Source: Trichoplax sp. H2 (Eukaryota). Taken from it: a DNA stretch of 28,397 nt. Both the position numbers and the translations under genes were made by a program. The stretch is from assembly GCA_003344405.1 (NCBI GenBank), contig NOWV01000249.1, positions 62,001 to 90,397 on the forward strand, given 5' to 3'. Below are positions 25,301 through 28,397 of this stretch, one piece after another. The notes below the pieces were generated by a model. That model was not told the DNA's origin, searched no databases, and saw only the letters and a list, made by a program, of their open reading frames with translations. Positions within the stretch are counted from its first letter, which is position 1; each line of letters starts with the position of its first letter.

Positions 25301-27091
25301 TATATGGACTATCTTAATTATAGGATATATCAAATATGAACAAGTTGATAAAACGTAATTTTCGTTAACTTCTCTCCTTCTCTCTCTATATATGCAAAAT
25401 TCTCCATGGCCTAAATTCTACCGCAGCAATAACTTCATTAGCAGAATTATCCAAAACTTCGGCCATTAATTATGGCGTTTTAGGCAATAGCAGTGCAGAA
25501 ACTTTCTTTCAACAATCGACCATATCGCCATACATCGACATGAAACATAAATTAAAAAATGTCCAAAGCACAACTGATGGAATCAATCGAGTAGTCAATA
25601 GCTTTCAAGGAGAAAAATATGCTTTCATTGGCGATGCATCATTACTTAATTATGCCAAAAGCCAAAATTGCAATTTAACTACTATTGGTAGTTTCAAGAA
25701 AGATAGTTATGCTCTTATCTTATCGAAAGAATCACTGTTCTTAAAAGAAATTAACATTGAAATTTTTAAATTACGTGAAGAGGGCTTTTTTGAGGCGACT
25801 AGAGTCAAATGGTAAATCCTTCCACAAACTGTACTAATATGACACGTTTCATATACTTTGCATATGATAATACTTTAGTTTCTCCTTACACTATGTATTA
25901 AAATCTCCAAATTTAAGATTTACAAAGTCTTTATACATTTATAAATAACACTTAATATGTTTTACACTTAATATCGATCGCAAATATAAAAATTACGAAC
26001 TAATAGTGAAATGAAATATGCGTAAATATTGTTACTAGTGTCGACGTAGACGATACAATATTTTGACACTTTATCGGGTGTTGTATGCTATAAACAGAGG
26101 CTGCATGAAAATAGTGCATTAGTTTACAGTTTTCTACTACCTATACTGCAACTAAAGTCACCTAAGGTGAGTGAGAACCTTGATTCTGAGTATATCTTTG
26201 TTCGTAGATATAAACTTAAAAGAACAAATATCGAAAGACTGATGAATAATAGCAATTATATACATAAAACGTAATATTTCCAACACTTTTATTATTTAAT
26301 AAATAGACCTTCGAGCAGATAGCGAATTATAAATCGTTAATATATAGCTTTTACTAACTACAGTGTGGTGCAAGGTATTTCTAAAATAAAAATCTTCGAT
26401 CTGGGTTATGAAGGTAGTTCAGATGAGAATTCATATTTTAATAATGGAATAAGATTTTACGCAAAGATTTCATATTTTAGTATTTATCGATTAGATAACT
26501 CCTAATTCGTGCGTATTCTTTCTATCAAGCATTAATAACTGAAGAGCGTCCTCATAACATCAGATATGATATGATAGCAAAATATTAATTGTGTTCCAAT
26601 CTTTATATTTACTTATAGGTTTGAAGCAACATGTACGACCACGACTAAAACGACAACATATGATCCCGTTAAACTTGAGAGTTTAATTGGTGTTTTTTAT
26701 ATTATCATGGCTTCTATTGGAATGAGTATAGTCATATTAGCAATCGAATGGACTATAGCAGGCATTCAAGACTCTCATCGCCGTAATGTCAAGGTAAATG
26801 TTTAACTATAATACCAGTAGATAAATTTTGTTTTTTCTAAATTGTTTAATTCCAGTAGAGATATTTGAAAGAGGATAATATTAAAAGCTGATAGACAGCC
26901 CAGATAAGTAATCCTAACCACTTATTTAATATTACTACTTATGATAGGTTAAAAATTTCTCTGATGCTATTCGCCAACGCTTTCGCTTTGTTATTAATAA
27001 CATTGCCAAGGATTTAAGCTCGAGAAGAAATGTTGAAGCTGACACAAAGCAGTCTAAAAAAGGCTCTAATAAAATTGGAGTCATGGTGTAG
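19319..27091 (+). CDS. Ionotropic glutamate receptor-family subunit (non-NMDA-like), 915 aa. Exons: 19319-19406, 21422-21586, 21743-22009, 22080-22217, 22380-22504, 23176-23295, 23395-23556, 23682-23786, 23969-24100, 24272-24475, 24595-25132, 25427-25811, 26619-26793, 26948-27091
   Basis: Signal peptide MKSLVIANLVFLQIIIFNRYGDA, then a LIVBP-type amino-terminal domain (IGPLSS...PQIAPVATDPSLS) and S1 (EPPF...GYIIDMM...DGQYG...WSGMVGEV...ADIAAAPLSISPVRQQVVDFS). M1, M2 (NSLWYTLESFLLQG), M3 (TYTANLAAFLT), S2 and M4 (LIGVFYII) follow. All 13 introns are GT-AG and phase-consistent; total 2748 nt. Confidence 0.96.
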
Positions 27092-28397
27092 TATGAATGT
27101 TACAATATTATACTTAGCTGTTACATCGGTAGGATTATGAACGGAGAATATTCAATGTTACGGGAAATATTATTTATACTACGAGTAATATACGCTGTAT
27201 CGAATTGTTCATATTTAATTATACTATTTATATAAGTATATTCATCTATCTCTTCTCTTTATATTTTAAGCAGTATATTTATTATTTATTTAATCCTTTT
27301 ACTGTTAAATAATAGTTGATACTTATATATATTTTATGATGTAAGTATGAAGGTATGTAATGTATCGCAAAGTATTTTACATAGAAGATATTCTGACAGC
27401 TAATCCAAAAACATCATTGGTGTTGTACGCCAACAGGACTTCTATATATATAATTTATAGTGTTTTCTATGCAGGTAGTGCTAATTACATCCTTTTAAAT
27501 CTCCAATGATTAACTATCAGTTAGCGAGAAAATCTGAGAAAATAAAAGATCTACTTGAGTTGAATGGTTTACAAGTATACCATCATTTAAAAATAGAACT
27601 GATGTCGACAAAAAGGTTTTAATTTATACAAATCCGTAACCACTGACCCCATTTTATTAGGGGTAATAAGCATAAAGCGCTCAATTCCGAAAGCATAAAT
27701 ATTTCTAAATCTAACTTACTTAGAAAATTAAATTTACACGTATTTAGGCTCAATAATGTTAGGCTAATGCAGTCAGTCTTTCCTTAATTTTATTTATTTT
27801 CAAAAAATCAATTATGTGCATGTTCATCTGGACGCATAAATGTCTTATTTTATCATAGTTAAAGGAACTATGATTTAATTTTATTACTAATCAGACTGAG
27901 GAAAAGAAGATGTCAATCTGTGGATCTGAATAATTTATTCTTAGTTCATAATTAGTAGCAGTAGCTCCTTTCATGCATACTGTACATTGCGCAAGGACCT
28001 TATATCTATAAATTTTTAAACCTTATATTACCCTGTAAAGTATATATCGACGTTAATCTTGGCCATGGCAATTATTCAGGGATAGCAATACATGATTTGA
28101 TTACATTCTTTGAGAATATTTTACGGCAATCCCAATTCTAAGCACTTCGTACCCGAACTTAAAGATTAATGCTTACATGAATCACGATATTGCCATTATT
28201 TATGCGTATTTATAACTAATTTAATTTCAATCTAAGATAGACTTAATTCAAAGTTATAACAATATTAGTTAATCATCTATCAGTGTAAGTTTAATTTATT
28301 GTAGAACACTTTGATATCAAGGCTTACAAGTACTATTAATGCCGACATTAATCTTTATCATCGTGCCTATTCGCGTACTTCTATGCCTAGTTTGATT

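Noticed and set aside
1..27091. Functional cluster linking the aminopeptidase (amino-acid release), the secreted pseudoprotease and the amino-acid-gated iGluR
   Set aside because: An attractive idea, but housekeeping genes intervene and adjacency in animal genomes is not evidence of co-function without co-expression or conserved synteny.

Overview
AT-rich, intron-containing eukaryotic (animal) genomic DNA, not prokaryotic. Low GC, many short introns and the gene content suggest an early-branching animal such as a placozoan (Trichoplax-like); this is inference only. Five spliced genes were reconstructed by hand from splice sites and reading-frame phase: (1) the 5' part of a type II membrane M1-family aminopeptidase (minus strand, runs off the left edge); (2) a 17-exon TTI2 with a probable GC-AG intron; (3) a MICOS13/QIL1 with two coding exons (minus); (4) a 3-exon, 327-aa predicted secreted protein that looks like a legumain/clan-CD fold lacking both catalytic residues; (5) a complete 14-exon, 915-aa ionotropic glutamate receptor-family subunit whose binding-site and pore residues argue against glutamate gating. 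Non-coding DNA holds several degenerate local repeats and what look like decayed LRR-coding fragments on the minus strand. No tRNA, rRNA, CRISPR or intact transposon was recognised. Most short ORFs in the supplied track are exon fragments or spurious.
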